A DNA stretch of 64,000 bases, taken from contig CAWBCJ010000025.1 in the NCBI GenBank assembly GCA_963787255.1, positions 288,001 to 352,000 of the forward strand, given 5' to 3'. This document shows, piece after piece, positions 10,203 to 21,652 of the stretch. The position numbers were made by a program, and so were the translations under genes. Origin of the DNA: Methanobacteriota archaeon. Its GTDB lineage: Archaea; Methanobacteriota; Methanobacteria; Methanobacteriales; Methanobacteriaceae. Numbering within the stretch: position 1 is the stretch's first letter; every line of letters begins with the position of its first letter. Under the pieces are notes generated by a model, which was given only the letters and a program-made list of their open reading frames with translations, did not search any database and had not been told where the DNA came from.

Positions 10203-10511
10203 TTATCGTGCTTCAAATTTCACGCAGAAATATTCACCAGGTTCCCCTTCACCAAGTTTATATTCCTTCCAGATATCACAGCCACTACACTGACATGCCT
10301 GTTCTGAATCGAAGTCTTTACATTCAGATTTTCCGGTTACGCAATATAGTCCGGGAATTTCTTGTGGATTGGATATATTTTCTTCTTGCATTAATTCTTT
10401 TTCTATCATATTTTCGATTTTTTCATCAGCGCATTGACTTTTACTTTGAACTGGACATTCTGGACAAATACATTTTTGAAGATTCTCAATAGTTAAGTCT
10501 ATATCAACCAA
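10203..10511 (-). CDS. DUF2769-type Cys-rich protein
   Basis: CICPECPVQ...LYCVTGKS...CQCSGCDIW...YFC; TTG start after GGGGTG. Confidence 0.85.
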   Translation of the reverse strand: MVDIDLTIENLQKCICPECPVQSKSQCADEKIENMIEKELMQEENISNPQEIPGLYCVTGKSECKDFDSEQACQCSGCDIWKEYKLGEGEPGEYFCVKFEAR

Positions 10512-10647
10512 ATTAACACCCCTATATGTTATTTTTACTTTTATACTTAATATGATTAAATTTAAGTTACAATTTACAGATATAATAAATAAAAGTGAAT
10601 TAACATAAAAATAATATTTATTATAGAATTTTCAGGAATGGATAAAA

Positions 10648-11109
10648 ATGGAAAGAAGTTATGATGATGAGTTAAAAGACCGTAATTACGGTGATTATAT
10701 TTTTGAAACTCCTTACTGGATTATTTTTCTAGCACCAAACCAAAGTAATATAGGAACATGTGTTGTTGCCTTAAAAAGACATTATGGAACCCTAGATGGT
10801 TTAATAGATGATGAATGGCTTGATTTTGGTAATATTGTTAAAAATTTAGAACGTTCCTTAAAAGAATTATTTAAACCGACCATGTTTAATTGGGGTGCGC
10901 TTATGAACGCGGATTACTTAAAAGAAAATCCCGATCCACATATTCATTGGCATTTCATACCACGTTACAGGCATAAGGTTGAATTTGAAGGTTTTATCTT
11001 TGATGATCAGTATTTTGGCTCTATGCATCCAAGGCCAATTATGGAAGTTCCAGAAAATGTTAGAATAAAGATTATTGAAAAGATTAAAGAAAAATTGGAA
11101 CTGAGGTAA
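10648..11109 (+). CDS. HIT-family hydrolase
   Basis: HIHWHFIPR histidine triad. Confidence 0.9.
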   Translation: MERSYDDELKDRNYGDYIFETPYWIIFLAPNQSNIGTCVVALKRHYGTLDGLIDDEWLDFGNIVKNLERSLKELFKPTMFNWGALMNADYLKENPDPHIHWHFIPRYRHKVEFEGFIFDDQYFGSMHPRPIMEVPENVRIKIIEKIKEKLELR

Positions 11110-11111
11110 TA

Positions 11112-12077
11112 TTGTTGCAACCGGAATATTTTAGCTTGAAAAATTTTAAATTTGAATCTCAATTTCTTTTACCTGAATTAAAAATAGAATATTCATCATT
11201 TGGCAGGAAAGAAATAGATGAAAATGGAAATTTAACCAATGCAATTATTTATCTTCATGGTTGGAGTGGAGATTACAACTCAATTAAACGCATTAAGGAT
11301 ATTGTGGGTGCTGGAAAGCCTATTGACACCCAAAAATATTATGTAATCTGTCCAACAGCTTTAGGTTCTCCCGGATCATCAAGCCCATCCAATTCAGGAT
11401 TAGGCCATTATTTCCCGGAATATACAATTAAAGATATGGTAAATGCTGTTTATTCTTTTCTTATTGAATGTTTTAATGTGGTGCATCTTAAAGGAGTTAT
11501 TGGAACATCTCTTGGGGGTTTTCAAGCGCTTGAATGGGCGGTGAGTTATCCTGATTTTATGGATTTTGTTATACCACTTACAACAAGTCATGATGTACGG
11601 GGAAAAAATTTTGCAATCTTTAATTTAATGAATACCTATATAAAAGATGATCCCGAGTATAATGGCGGTGAATATGAAAAGAATCCGGAAATAGGCTGTC
11701 AAAATGCCTCTATGCTTCTATATCTTTTTGGGTTTTCCGATAAGTATTATAAAAAATGTTCTAATGAAGAAGTACTTGAATCAATTAATGAAATGAAAAG
11801 AGCAGGGGTTGAAATGGATGCTAATGATATGGTATGGCGTAACAGGGCAGCTATTTCACATGATGTCACTCCACGAATCTCTAATATTAAAGCAAAAACG
11901 CTTATTATCGGGGTAAATCAGGATCTGTATTTTCCGCCGGATACAGATACAATACCTTTGTCAAAATTGATTAAAGGTTCAAAACTTTTTTTATATGATT
12001 CTATATTGGGTCATTTGGGAACTAGTGAAATAATAAAAGCAGAAAATGTTATTCGAGAATTTTTAGAGGAAATATAG
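11112..12077 (+). CDS. MetX-like alpha/beta hydrolase (homoserine O-acetyltransferase family)
   Basis: GTSLGG nucleophile elbow, VGAGKPIDTQKYYVIC, DLYFPP, GHL. Confidence 0.8.
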   Translation: MLQPEYFSLKNFKFESQFLLPELKIEYSSFGRKEIDENGNLTNAIIYLHGWSGDYNSIKRIKDIVGAGKPIDTQKYYVICPTALGSPGSSSPSNSGLGHYFPEYTIKDMVNAVYSFLIECFNVVHLKGVIGTSLGGFQALEWAVSYPDFMDFVIPLTTSHDVRGKNFAIFNLMNTYIKDDPEYNGGEYEKNPEIGCQNASMLLYLFGFSDKYYKKCSNEEVLESINEMKRAGVEMDANDMVWRNRAAISHDVTPRISNIKAKTLIIGVNQDLYFPPDTDTIPLSKLIKGSKLFLYDSILGHLGTSEIIKAENVIREFLEEI

Positions 12078-12174
12078 CTATTATAATCCTCTTTTTTAAA
12101 AATTTCAATAAATAGTTATTAAATAACAATCATATAAACCATACAAATAGTAATTGGAGAATGGAGCAGGGATT

Positions 12175-12453
12175 ATGAAAGTAAAAATTATTGATTATGG
12201 TCCTTTAAAAGATTCTAAAAAATATTATGTAAAATATAGAGTCTTTGATATTGATGAAAACACTTTAAATAAATTAAGGGATCGTGTTGAAGATGAAATA
12301 GAGGTTAAAGATGGTGAATTATTTTTAACTGTTTATTTTGATGAGGGTTATTTTCCCTTTGGAAGTGATGAATCCAAATTTCGAAGAGAAGACTTTATAG
12401 AAAGGGAAGAAATTGAAATGACTGCTTATTTATTAAGTATTTTAGAAGATTAA
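12175..12453 (+). CDS. Conserved hypothetical methanogen protein
   Basis: ORF with host codon usage; co-oriented cluster. Confidence 0.7.
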   Translation: MKVKIIDYGPLKDSKKYYVKYRVFDIDENTLNKLRDRVEDEIEVKDGELFLTVYFDEGYFPFGSDESKFRREDFIEREEIEMTAYLLSILED

Positions 12454-12481
12454 TCCTGTAAAACTAAATGTGTGAGTGTAA

Positions 12482-13324
12482 ATGGCAGATACTAAAAATT
12501 TTAGAATACGGAAGAAATTGCAGCTTGCAATGTCTAGTTCTATGGAAAGAATGGGAATGCATGAATTTAATTCTCGTAGTTTTGAAGTTGTTCCTGTTGA
12601 TGTTGATATACCTGGTCTTAACCCTGTTTTTGACGGTTTTAAAGTAGTACATATTACTGATATTCATTTAGGGCAGTGGATATCTATTGAACGTTTGAAG
12701 GGAGTTATGAATCTTGTTAATCAACAAAATCCTGATGTAGTGGCTATTACGGGTGATTTTGTATCCTATGCAATAGATCATCTAATTGATGGTTTAACTA
12801 GTTGTCTTTCAATTTTAGAGCCTAATGTTGCATCTATTGCTGTTTTAGGAAATCATGATCATTGGCTGGGCGCAGATAAAATACGTAAATCTCTAAGTGA
12901 TAGCAATATAATTGATGTAAGTAACAGTGTTTACACGCTGGAACGAGAAGGTGCAATGCTTAATTTTGCAGGTGTAGATAGTGTTATGCTAGATAAAAAT
13001 CGTTTAGATTTAGTAATGGATAAGTTACCTGATTCTGGGCCGGCAATTTTACTTGCACATGAACCTGACTTTGCTGATATTAGTTCAACTACGGGAAGAT
13101 TTAGTTTGCAGATTTCAGGCCATTCACATGGAGGTCAGTTTTTAATTCCAGGTATAGGAACTTTTATTAGAGGATCTCAATTTTTAAAATATCCTGCTGG
13201 AAAATATAAAGTTGGAGATATGATTCAATACACAAACAGGGGTCTAGGGACAAACATTTTCTGGATTAGAATTAATTGTGCACCTGAAATTACAGTATTT
13301 AATCTAAAAAGTCCAAAAGAATAG
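12482..13324 (+). CDS. YkuE-like metallophosphoesterase
   Basis: TDIH, TGDFV, LGNHDH, AHEPD and SGHSHGGQ motifs. Confidence 0.9.
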   Translation: MADTKNFRIRKKLQLAMSSSMERMGMHEFNSRSFEVVPVDVDIPGLNPVFDGFKVVHITDIHLGQWISIERLKGVMNLVNQQNPDVVAITGDFVSYAIDHLIDGLTSCLSILEPNVASIAVLGNHDHWLGADKIRKSLSDSNIIDVSNSVYTLEREGAMLNFAGVDSVMLDKNRLDLVMDKLPDSGPAILLAHEPDFADISSTTGRFSLQISGHSHGGQFLIPGIGTFIRGSQFLKYPAGKYKVGDMIQYTNRGLGTNIFWIRINCAPEITVFNLKSPKE

Positions 13325-13479
13325 TAAATCTAGAAGTTAATGTGTATATAATCTTGAAACGCGTGATATTATTAAATTTTTCTGTGTTTTTACTGGCTTT
13401 CCAGTCTAAAAAAAACCTGACCATAAATTGATATTACTTAAAGATTTTTATCTAATGAACATTTTTTAGGATATAATTT

Positions 13480-13920
13480 ATGAATGAACTTTGTATAGTT
13501 GCATGTGGAAAGAAGAAAATTTGGGATAAAGATTCCTCAGTAGGTTCTGTAAAATCTAAAAATCTTTATACGGGCATATTTACTCGAAAATGTATTGAAT
13601 ATGCAGAAAAATATCATAAAAAATCTTATTGTATTTTATCAGCAAAGTACGGATTCTTATACCCTGAAGAAATTGTAGAAGAACCATATACTGAATGTTT
13701 TCATTTAAAAAATACAAATCCTATTACTAAAGAGGCACTTCTTTTACAATTAAAAAGTAAAAAATTGGATGAATGTGAAAAAATCATTGTTTTAGGTGGT
13801 AATTATTATACAGAAATGATGGAAGATTTATTTCCAAAAAAAGAGGTTATAAATCCTCTCGAAGGGATTGGAGGTATTGGTAAAATGATGAAAAGACTTA
13901 ACGAGCTGATTAAAAACTAA
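13480..13920 (+). CDS. DUF6884-type protein
   Basis: IVACGKKK, LYTG, ILSAKYG, LGG and GIG pattern. Confidence 0.7.
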   Translation: MNELCIVACGKKKIWDKDSSVGSVKSKNLYTGIFTRKCIEYAEKYHKKSYCILSAKYGFLYPEEIVEEPYTECFHLKNTNPITKEALLLQLKSKKLDECEKIIVLGGNYYTEMMEDLFPKKEVINPLEGIGGIGKMMKRLNELIKN

Positions 13921-13985
13921 AAAATTATAGCTTTAACTTAGATTATGAGATAGTTTAATTAACAATAAATAATAAAGGATATTTT

Positions 13986-14744
13986 ATGTTTATGGTACCT
14001 GAATGGATATTAGCTGGTTTATGGGGATTATTGGCAGGTTCTGCTCTTTTAATAGGTGCATTATTTGCATATTTCTTTAAAGTACCTCAACGTATTGTAG
14101 CTTCTGTAATGGCGTTTGGAGCAGGTGTTCTACTTTCAGCAATATCATTAGAACTAATGGAAGAGTCTTTTAGCCTTGGAGGGTATTATAGTATGGTTTT
14201 TGGTTTCATTGCTGGAGCCATGATCTTTACAATTATTAATTCATATCTTTCACGTAAAGGAGCTAAACATCGAAAACGTTCAGGTGGACAGTTAAAGATT
14301 AGCGCAGATGATAGCAGCAGCTTGGCTATTGCTGCAGGTTCAATTATTGACGGAATTCCTGAATCTATCGCGATTGGACTAACGATAATTACAGGAGGCG
14401 CAGTAAGCGTTGCAACAGTGGTAGCAATATTTATATCTAACATACCTGAAGGTTTGTCCAGTACAGCAGGTTTAAAAAAGGCAGGTTGGAATTTAAAATC
14501 TATTTTTACATTATGGATTACAATTACAATAATCAGCGGGTTGGCATCCTTAGCTGGATATAGTGTTTTCAGTCATTTTCCCCCGGAAGTGATTTCAGTG
14601 ACTCTTGCACTTGCAGCTGGAGGAATTTTGACCATGCTCATTGATACCATGATTCCTGAGGCCTTTTCTGAAACACACAATATGGCAGGTATAATAACAG
14701 TTTTAGGTTTTATTGTTTCATTTATTCTTTCAAAAATAGGTTAA
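13986..14744 (+). CDS. ZIP-family (GufA-like) metal transporter
   Basis: AFGAGVLL, IDGIPES, SNIPEG and MIPEAF motifs; multi-TM. Confidence 0.9.
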   Translation: MFMVPEWILAGLWGLLAGSALLIGALFAYFFKVPQRIVASVMAFGAGVLLSAISLELMEESFSLGGYYSMVFGFIAGAMIFTIINSYLSRKGAKHRKRSGGQLKISADDSSSLAIAAGSIIDGIPESIAIGLTIITGGAVSVATVVAIFISNIPEGLSSTAGLKKAGWNLKSIFTLWITITIISGLASLAGYSVFSHFPPEVISVTLALAAGGILTMLIDTMIPEAFSETHNMAGIITVLGFIVSFILSKIG

Positions 14745-14785
14745 ATTAAAATAAAAAAAAGTAATAAGGAAAGAAATGAAATTTT

Positions 14786-16006
14786 TTACATTTCTTTAAC
14801 TTTATCTGCTAATTTTTTACCTAATTCGTATAAATCATTCATTTCATCATTTGTAGGTACATAGTTAAGCTGTGTTGTTTCAAAAACTTCAAAACCGCAT
14901 TTTTCAAGGTCATCAGCAATTTTTTTCACTCCTCCACCGGCCCATCCCATTGAACCAAAGGAAACAGCTAATTTTTTTATTCCAGTTCTATTAAACATTA
15001 AACCTTCCAAGTAGTACATCAAATCACCTATACTTGGATAAGGCTTGTTAAATATTGTGGGAACTCCAAATAAAACTGCTTTACTGTCGAGGATATCTTT
15101 TACAATTTCGCTTCGCTCGTCATTGTGAAGGAAGTACATCACAACATCAACATCCGCACTCATGATACCTTCGGCTAGTGCATGCGCCATTTTTTGTGTA
15201 GACCCATGCATTGTATCATAAATAATTGTGACCTTATCTTTACATTCTCCTGTTGCCCAGCTGCTGTAAGCTCCTATAATTTTCATAGGGTCAGTCCATA
15301 TCTGCCCATGAGATGGTGCAATTATTTCTATTTTATCTAGAAGACCAAGATCTTCAACTTCCTTGAATTTTCTAAGCACCAGAGGAGATAATGGAGTAAT
15401 TAAATTAGCATAAAATTTCTGTGCTGCATCCATCAAAACATATTCCGGAATTTCATTGTCCATTCGTTTATTAAAGCAAAGATGCTGCCCAAATGCATCA
15501 TTCGAAAATAATACGCCATCTTCAACTAAAAGAGTAAACATACTGTCCGGCCAGTGCAATAAAGGAGCTTCGAGGAAAGCGAATGTTTTATCACCTATAG
15601 AAAGCTGATCTCCAGTTTTTACAACATTAAAATTAGCATCTTCTAGGGAATAATGTCTTTTAAGCCCATCAACTGCTTTTTGTGTGCAGTAAATTGGTGC
15701 ATCCGGGAATTTCTTGACTATTTCAGTCATTGCACCGCTGTGATCTTTTTCTATGTGGTTTTGAATAATAAAATCGATTTGGGGATCTTTTCCTTCTTTA
15801 CTGAATGCATCTTCAATTCTACCCCATAGTTGAGGGGCAGTTCCAGGGTATGTATTGTCAATTAAAACAGTTTTATCTTCGCCAAAAATTAAATATGCAT
15901 TATAGGTCGTTCCGGATAGGGTATATCCATGATAACTTCTTATATCCCAGTCTAATACTCCAACCCAATAAATTCCATCTTTTATTTTTACTGCATCCGC
16001 TTTCAT
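14786..16006 (-). CDS. fprA: Flavodiiron protein, F420H2 oxidase
   Basis: [25 protein letters not shown] and flavodoxin DTMHGST motifs. Confidence 0.93.
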   Translation of the reverse strand: MKADAVKIKDGIYWVGVLDWDIRSYHGYTLSGTTYNAYLIFGEDKTVLIDNTYPGTAPQLWGRIEDAFSKEGKDPQIDFIIQNHIEKDHSGAMTEIVKKFPDAPIYCTQKAVDGLKRHYSLEDANFNVVKTGDQLSIGDKTFAFLEAPLLHWPDSMFTLLVEDGVLFSNDAFGQHLCFNKRMDNEIPEYVLMDAAQKFYANLITPLSPLVLRKFKEVEDLGLLDKIEIIAPSHGQIWTDPMKIIGAYSSWATGECKDKVTIIYDTMHGSTQKMAHALAEGIMSADVDVVMYFLHNDERSEIVKDILDSKAVLFGVPTIFNKPYPSIGDLMYYLEGLMFNRTGIKKLAVSFGSMGWAGGGVKKIADDLEKCGFEVFETTQLNYVPTNDEMNDLYELGKKLADKVKEM

Positions 16007-16200
16007 ATTTTCTACACCTCAAAAAAATACTACCTTTAGAATCTTCTTAACATTTTTTTTCTTTATGTTACAATATAAAATTTGTGTAATAAATTCTAAT
16101 TAATAGTATTTAGTATCCTAAATCATGTCAAAAACAGAATTATATGATTAAATATGTTATAATATTGATTAAATTATAAATAAGTCTAAAAGAAAATTAA

Positions 16201-17906
16201 TTAAATCCGTTCTACATATTCAAGTTTATTTATAACTGCTTCAAATCTTGTTCCATTAGATTTATCAACTTTTATTGTACCTTCTAGTTGTGATACCAAT
16301 CCATTTACAAGTTGTAAACCTAATGTATCTGTATTTTCAAAATCAATATCATCAGGAAGACTAATACCATTATCTGCAACAATTAACACATATTGATGAT
16401 CATTAATAGAATGCAAGTCTATAAATATTTCACCTTCTTCACCTGGAGGAAAAGCATGTTTAAGTGAGTTAGTAACAAGTTCGTTAACTATTAAGCCGCA
16501 AGGAATAGAAGTATTTAAATCCATAGAAACATTTTCTACATTTAAATTTAATTTAATCAAGCTTGGATCTACTGCATAGTAACTAATCAAATAAGTTACT
16601 AAATTTCGTATATATTCAGAAAATTCAATATTTACAAAATTTGAAGATTGATAAAGCTGTTCATGGATAAATGCCATAGATTTAACTCTACTTTGACTAT
16701 CTTTAAATAACTCAAGATCCTCTTCATCTTTAATGTATCCAGATTGAAGATTTAGAAGACTGCTGATTATTTGAAGGTTATTTTTAACACGATGGTGGAC
16801 TTCCCTTAGTAATAATTCTTTTTCTTCAAGTGAATCCTTAATTTCATTTTTGGCACGAGTTATTTCAATAATATCGCTTCCAATACAAACAATTCCAATT
16901 GTTCGACCTTCTTCACTTTGAATTAGTGAAATTGATAAAAATACAGGGATTATTTTACCATCTTTCGCCTTAAAATATGTTTCTTTATTGGATATAAATC
17001 CATTTTTCATTAATCCATGATCATCACCGTTAAATAATGCATTTTTCTCGTCTTCATCTGGAAAGATCATTCCTACAGATTTACCAATTAATTCTGCATC
17101 ATCATAGCCTAAAAGACCTTTGGTAGCCTGGTTAACATTAATTATATTCTTTTCAGTATCCAGTAAAAGTAAGAAATTTGACATTGTAGCAACTATTTTA
17201 TCAGCAGCAACTGCTGTTGTAAGTGCTGGAAAACGATATTTCCAAATTCCGTAACTTATCAAGCCTATTCCCACTGTTGACATGGTCATTGTCATTTCTG
17301 GAACTCTTATATATGCACTAGGTAGAATGAGGTCGCTGAATACACTTATTAACAGGGGCATGTAGAGACCAGCAAAAATATACTTTGCTTGCTTTCTTTT
17401 AATATTCTTTAGAATTTAAATAGTATGAAAATATCAAGAATCCTGCTAAAAATCCTGCAATAATGGTCCAAAAGTCATTATGTGAATAATGTTAAATTTG
17501 GCGAGGTTAGTATAAGTCCATCCCCAATATTCATTTAATGCTGGTTAATAAGCAGATTGGTGTTAGTCCGATAATGTGATATTAAAATTGCAGGAAGATA
17601 AATTAAAATGTAGTTAATTTATTTTTAAATATATAATCTTGATTTAGTGAATATAATGCAATATGGAGTAAGATTGATGGGTACAAAAGGCCATAGACTA
17701 CTAACTTTTCAGCCAGAAAAAGGCTATTTGCATAATTATAGCGTGACGATATTCAAATTCAATGAAAGCAAGGAATCCAACAAATATACACAATATTGCA
17801 ATCATTATATTTAGATTGGCTCTTGGGATTTTTATGATAAATAAAATTACCCAAGAAAAAAGCATACCATAAATGCTATCAGTGATGTTAGTGCATAAAA
17901 ATTCAT
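16201..17906 (-). CDS. Membrane (7TM-type) PAS / HisKA_2 histidine kinase; N-terminal part frameshifted
   Basis: EVHHRVKNNLQ, NELVTNSLKHAF, DNG and LGL motifs intact in 16201-17361; hydrophobic N-terminus MNFYALTSLIAF... starts at 17906 and is broken by several indels. Confidence 0.85.
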
Positions 17907-18322
17907 TCAATTCTCCAATCTATAGTTATTTATAAGGTGATTAAGTAATTTATGTATTATGTAATTAATTAATGAAAGTAATTTATGCAATTAAATTTTC
18001 TATTTTCTTTAAATTTATTAATTGTTTAATTTGTTATTTATAATATGATTTAAATTATTTATATTTATACTTTTAATTAGAAATATAAGATGCTTATAAT
18101 TAAATAGAAGTTATTATCAGGTAATTTTTAAATTTTAATCTTATTTAAGTCTTAATGTATGTAAAAAAAATAAATTAGATTTTAAATTTAAGTATAAATC
18201 ATTTAATCAATTATATTTATAAAAAAAGGTAGAAAAGAATTTAAATCATATATAAACAAGGGTAATAAATTTAAACTATTTTAGGTAATAATAAATTAAA
18301 CTAGTCAACTAGGGGAATTAAA

Positions 18323-19209
18323 ATGAATATTAATCAAAGAAGGAAATAATAATCGGATATATTAAACACTTCAAGAGATGAAATGACCTTGGCGGATATT
18401 TAGCTGCTTTAGGCAGTCCCTTCTTTCCTTATATCAACATCTTTAATCTTAAATATTAGTTTGGATTTACCAATACTTTTTATATCATATTTACTACCCC
18501 TAATTGTATACAGCTACGATTACTATAAAGATATTGACAAGGATATTAAAAATAATTCTGAAAGAGCCCATTATTTGAAGAAAAATGCTAAAAATTATCC
18601 ATTTCATTTTCAGCTTTTTATATTATCCTCTTGAATTTCCTTTTAATCCTTTATTCAAACTAGGCCAGTCACTTTATAACAGCCATAATAATTAAGTGGA
18701 ATTTATACAACATCCTGCTTAAAAACATAACCAAAAAGATTCCCTCATTTAAAAACATATTTACAGCAATGACATGGGCAATAGGAGGCGCATTTTTCCC
18801 TCTTTTATATCATTCACTGAAATTAATCTTTCATTTATAATAATGTTCTTTTTAATATTTTTAAGATGCACCATTAATGTAATATTCTTCGATTTAAAAG
18901 ATATATGAAATGACAAAGCAGATAACCTAAAAACTTTACCCGTAATACTTGGAAAAAAATCTACAATTAACATTTTACACATATTAAATGTAATAGCATT
19001 TATTCCACTAATTTGGGAATATACTTAATATAATTAGCATTTGGGCAATTTCTTTACTATTATTCCTTTTATACGGCTATTTTTATATCAGTAAAGCTAA
19101 TTCTGCATCAAGTAATGAACTGGAAACAGCAGCACATACATTAGCTGATTTTGAATTTATATTATGGCCTTTATTGCTTACAGTAAATTCACGATTTAGT
19201 TCTATATAA
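18323..19209 (+). pseudogene. UbiA-family prenyltransferase, multiply frameshifted (decay or sequencing errors)
   Basis: Fragments read YSYDYYKDIDKD..NNSERA, IFFDLKD...DKADNLKTLPVILG and LADFEFILWP; GGGGA SD before ATG 18323. Confidence 0.8.
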
Positions 19210-19218
19210 TTTGAATAA

Positions 19219-19626
19219 CTATTCTATTAAATTTTTGATTTTTTCACGCTTGGTATAGGCCATTCCCTGAAAAATAGCAATTAATTCATCATTATTGTCT
19301 GTAATATCAACGGTATAAGTTGAAATTTTTGGATTTCTGGAAATTTCACGAGCTTCAGCAAATAAAACACCACGTTGCGCAGCTTTCATAAAAGAAATGT
19401 TTACATTTATAGCTACAGTTACATTTCCATAAGAATTAGCTGCTACTGCAAATGTAAAATCTGCTAAAGTAAATAAAGCACCGCCATGGACAGTTCCAAT
19501 ACCATTTAAATGGTTTTCATTAATTTCCATTCTGGTTTTTGCGCTTCCTTTTCCTACTTCAAGCAGTTCTATGCCTACATATTCGGCAAACTTATCCTTT
19601 TTGAAGAATTGTTTTATTAATTCCAT
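19219..19626 (-). CDS. PaaI-family thioesterase
   Basis: HLNGIGTVHGGALFTLAD hotdog-fold motif. Confidence 0.9.
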   Translation of the reverse strand: MELIKQFFKKDKFAEYVGIELLEVGKGSAKTRMEINENHLNGIGTVHGGALFTLADFTFAVAANSYGNVTVAINVNISFMKAAQRGVLFAEAREISRNPKISTYTVDITDNNDELIAIFQGMAYTKREKIKNLIE

Positions 19627-19770
19627 TTTAATCACGAATTATAAATATATAGGTCTTTATAATTAAATTTAGAGTTAAATAAATATATTATAAAGTGAAA
19701 CTTAAATGATAAAATATTCAATGTTTAATTAATAAAAAAGATTTATTTCTTCCAATATGAGGCTTCAAAT

Positions 19771-20766
19771 ATGGGCAGTGAAATAAGTAATTCAAGCGCT
19801 TTAATAAATATGACAAAAAAGGTACCTATTGTCCAATTAGGAGAAACAATTGGAACCATCGAAAATTTACTCTCAAAAAAAGCTGCTGAATTTGATTCAA
19901 TTGATTATATTTACGTTGTTGATAATAATAACATCCTTAAGGGTGTAATTTCCATTAAAAGAGTTTTTGATGCTAAGCTTCAAATTAGGGTAGAAAGTTT
20001 AATGGATAAAGATTTGATTACTGTTTATCCTGGAACAAGTCAAAGAAAAGTCGTTTATCTTGCGCTTACAAATGGATTAAAGGCATTGCCAGTAGTGGAT
20101 AAAGAAAAACATTTTATGGGAATAGTTCCTTACGATAACATACTAAAAATATTCAACCAGGAGTATAGGAAGGAGATTTTTAGCTCTGGCGGTATTTCTC
20201 CTAAAGTTGGGGACGAGTACACGACAATTAAATCTTCAGCAGGTGTGATGATAAAATCAAGGCTTCCATGGCTTGTATTAGGTGTTTTTGGTGGTACCAT
20301 AGCAGCATCTGTTATAAGTGGGTTTGAAGAAGTGTTAAGTGAAGTCCTAGTTTTAGCAGCATTTATTCCGGTAATGGTATACATGAGTGACGCTGTAGGA
20401 ACCCAATCTGAAGCTCTTATCATACGGAGCATTGCCCTTGAACCTGGATTACTCCTTAAATCTTATATTGTAAGGGAATTCAAAATAGCCGCTGCACTTG
20501 CAATCATTTGCGGGGCCATAATTAGCTTAATTGCAACTATAGGTTGGGGAAATTCTGTATTAGGACTTATTATAGGATTTTCCATGTTTTTAAGCATTAT
20601 TATCGCTGTTTTAATTTCAACTATACTTCCTTTGGGATTTAAAAAACTCAAGTCAGATCCTGCAATTGCAACTGGCCCTTTCGCCACAATGATAAGCGAT
20701 ATAGCTACATTAGCAATATATTTCAGCGTGGCAATACTATTTTTAGATTATTTCCAGGTAATTTAA
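19771..20766 (+). CDS. mgtE: MgtE-type magnesium transporter (CBS pair + TM domain)
   Basis: YIYVVD CBS pair; SRLPWL, FIP and DPAIATGPFATMISD motifs. Confidence 0.9.
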   Translation: MGSEISNSSALINMTKKVPIVQLGETIGTIENLLSKKAAEFDSIDYIYVVDNNNILKGVISIKRVFDAKLQIRVESLMDKDLITVYPGTSQRKVVYLALTNGLKALPVVDKEKHFMGIVPYDNILKIFNQEYRKEIFSSGGISPKVGDEYTTIKSSAGVMIKSRLPWLVLGVFGGTIAASVISGFEEVLSEVLVLAAFIPVMVYMSDAVGTQSEALIIRSIALEPGLLLKSYIVREFKIAAALAIICGAIISLIATIGWGNSVLGLIIGFSMFLSIIIAVLISTILPLGFKKLKSDPAIATGPFATMISDIATLAIYFSVAILFLDYFQVI

Positions 20767-21000
20767 CAATTAATAAACTATTTTCCTTTTTTTTAAGTAA
20801 ATTTGAGTATTTAAAAGTAGATAGGCATAAATGATTGATATAATTGATTTAAAGCTATATTATTATGTTAATCCTAATTTTTATTACAAATGAAAATCTA
20901 ATATAATATATTAAAATTTTTCAATTTATTAAATAAAACAGTTTACCGCTCCTAAATTTTAAAATAAATGAAAAAAATAGCTACAAAAAGAGGTTAACTT

Positions 21001-21645
21001 ATGGAAATAAATATTGATGAAACCATATATGGTAAACCCGAAAATGAATATATTCCAGTTACATTGAAAACAAAAAGGGGAAATATTTTATGCAGATTTT
21101 ACAAAGCCCCACAAACCAATTCAGGAGCAATTTGGGTTGGTGGCGTTGGTGGAGGCTTTGATACACCTTCAAATGGATTATATCCTGATTTATCCAAAAA
21201 ACTAATGAAAAATAATATTTCATCTTTACAAATTCAATATAGGAATCCAACTAGCCTTGAAGAGTGTGTTTATGATGTAATTACTGGAATTAAGTTTCTT
21301 GAAAGCCAGAAAATATCTAAAATTGCTCTAACAGGTCATTCTCTTGGAGGAGCTGTTGTCATTAAAGCTGCAACTCTTTGCAATTCAGTTAAAACTGTTA
21401 CTACTCTTGCCACTCAAAGTTTCGGCGCTGATGACGTTAAAGAATTTCCAGAAGATACTTCTATTCTTTTGATTCACGGAAGTGATGATTCTGTGCTACC
21501 AGCATCTTGTTCTAGAATAGTGTATGGAATTGCACATGAACCAAAAGAAAGAGTTATTTTAAGTGGAAATGGCCACTGTTTAGAAGAATCAGCAGATAAA
21601 GTGAATGAAACAGTCTATAATTGGATCTTATCTTCAATTAAATAA
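21001..21645 (+). CDS. Alpha/beta hydrolase
   Basis: GHSLGG, IHGSDD and GH triad. Confidence 0.88.
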   Translation: MEINIDETIYGKPENEYIPVTLKTKRGNILCRFYKAPQTNSGAIWVGGVGGGFDTPSNGLYPDLSKKLMKNNISSLQIQYRNPTSLEECVYDVITGIKFLESQKISKIALTGHSLGGAVVIKAATLCNSVKTVTTLATQSFGADDVKEFPEDTSILLIHGSDDSVLPASCSRIVYGIAHEPKERVILSGNGHCLEESADKVNETVYNWILSSIK

Positions 21646-21652
21646 AATGTAG

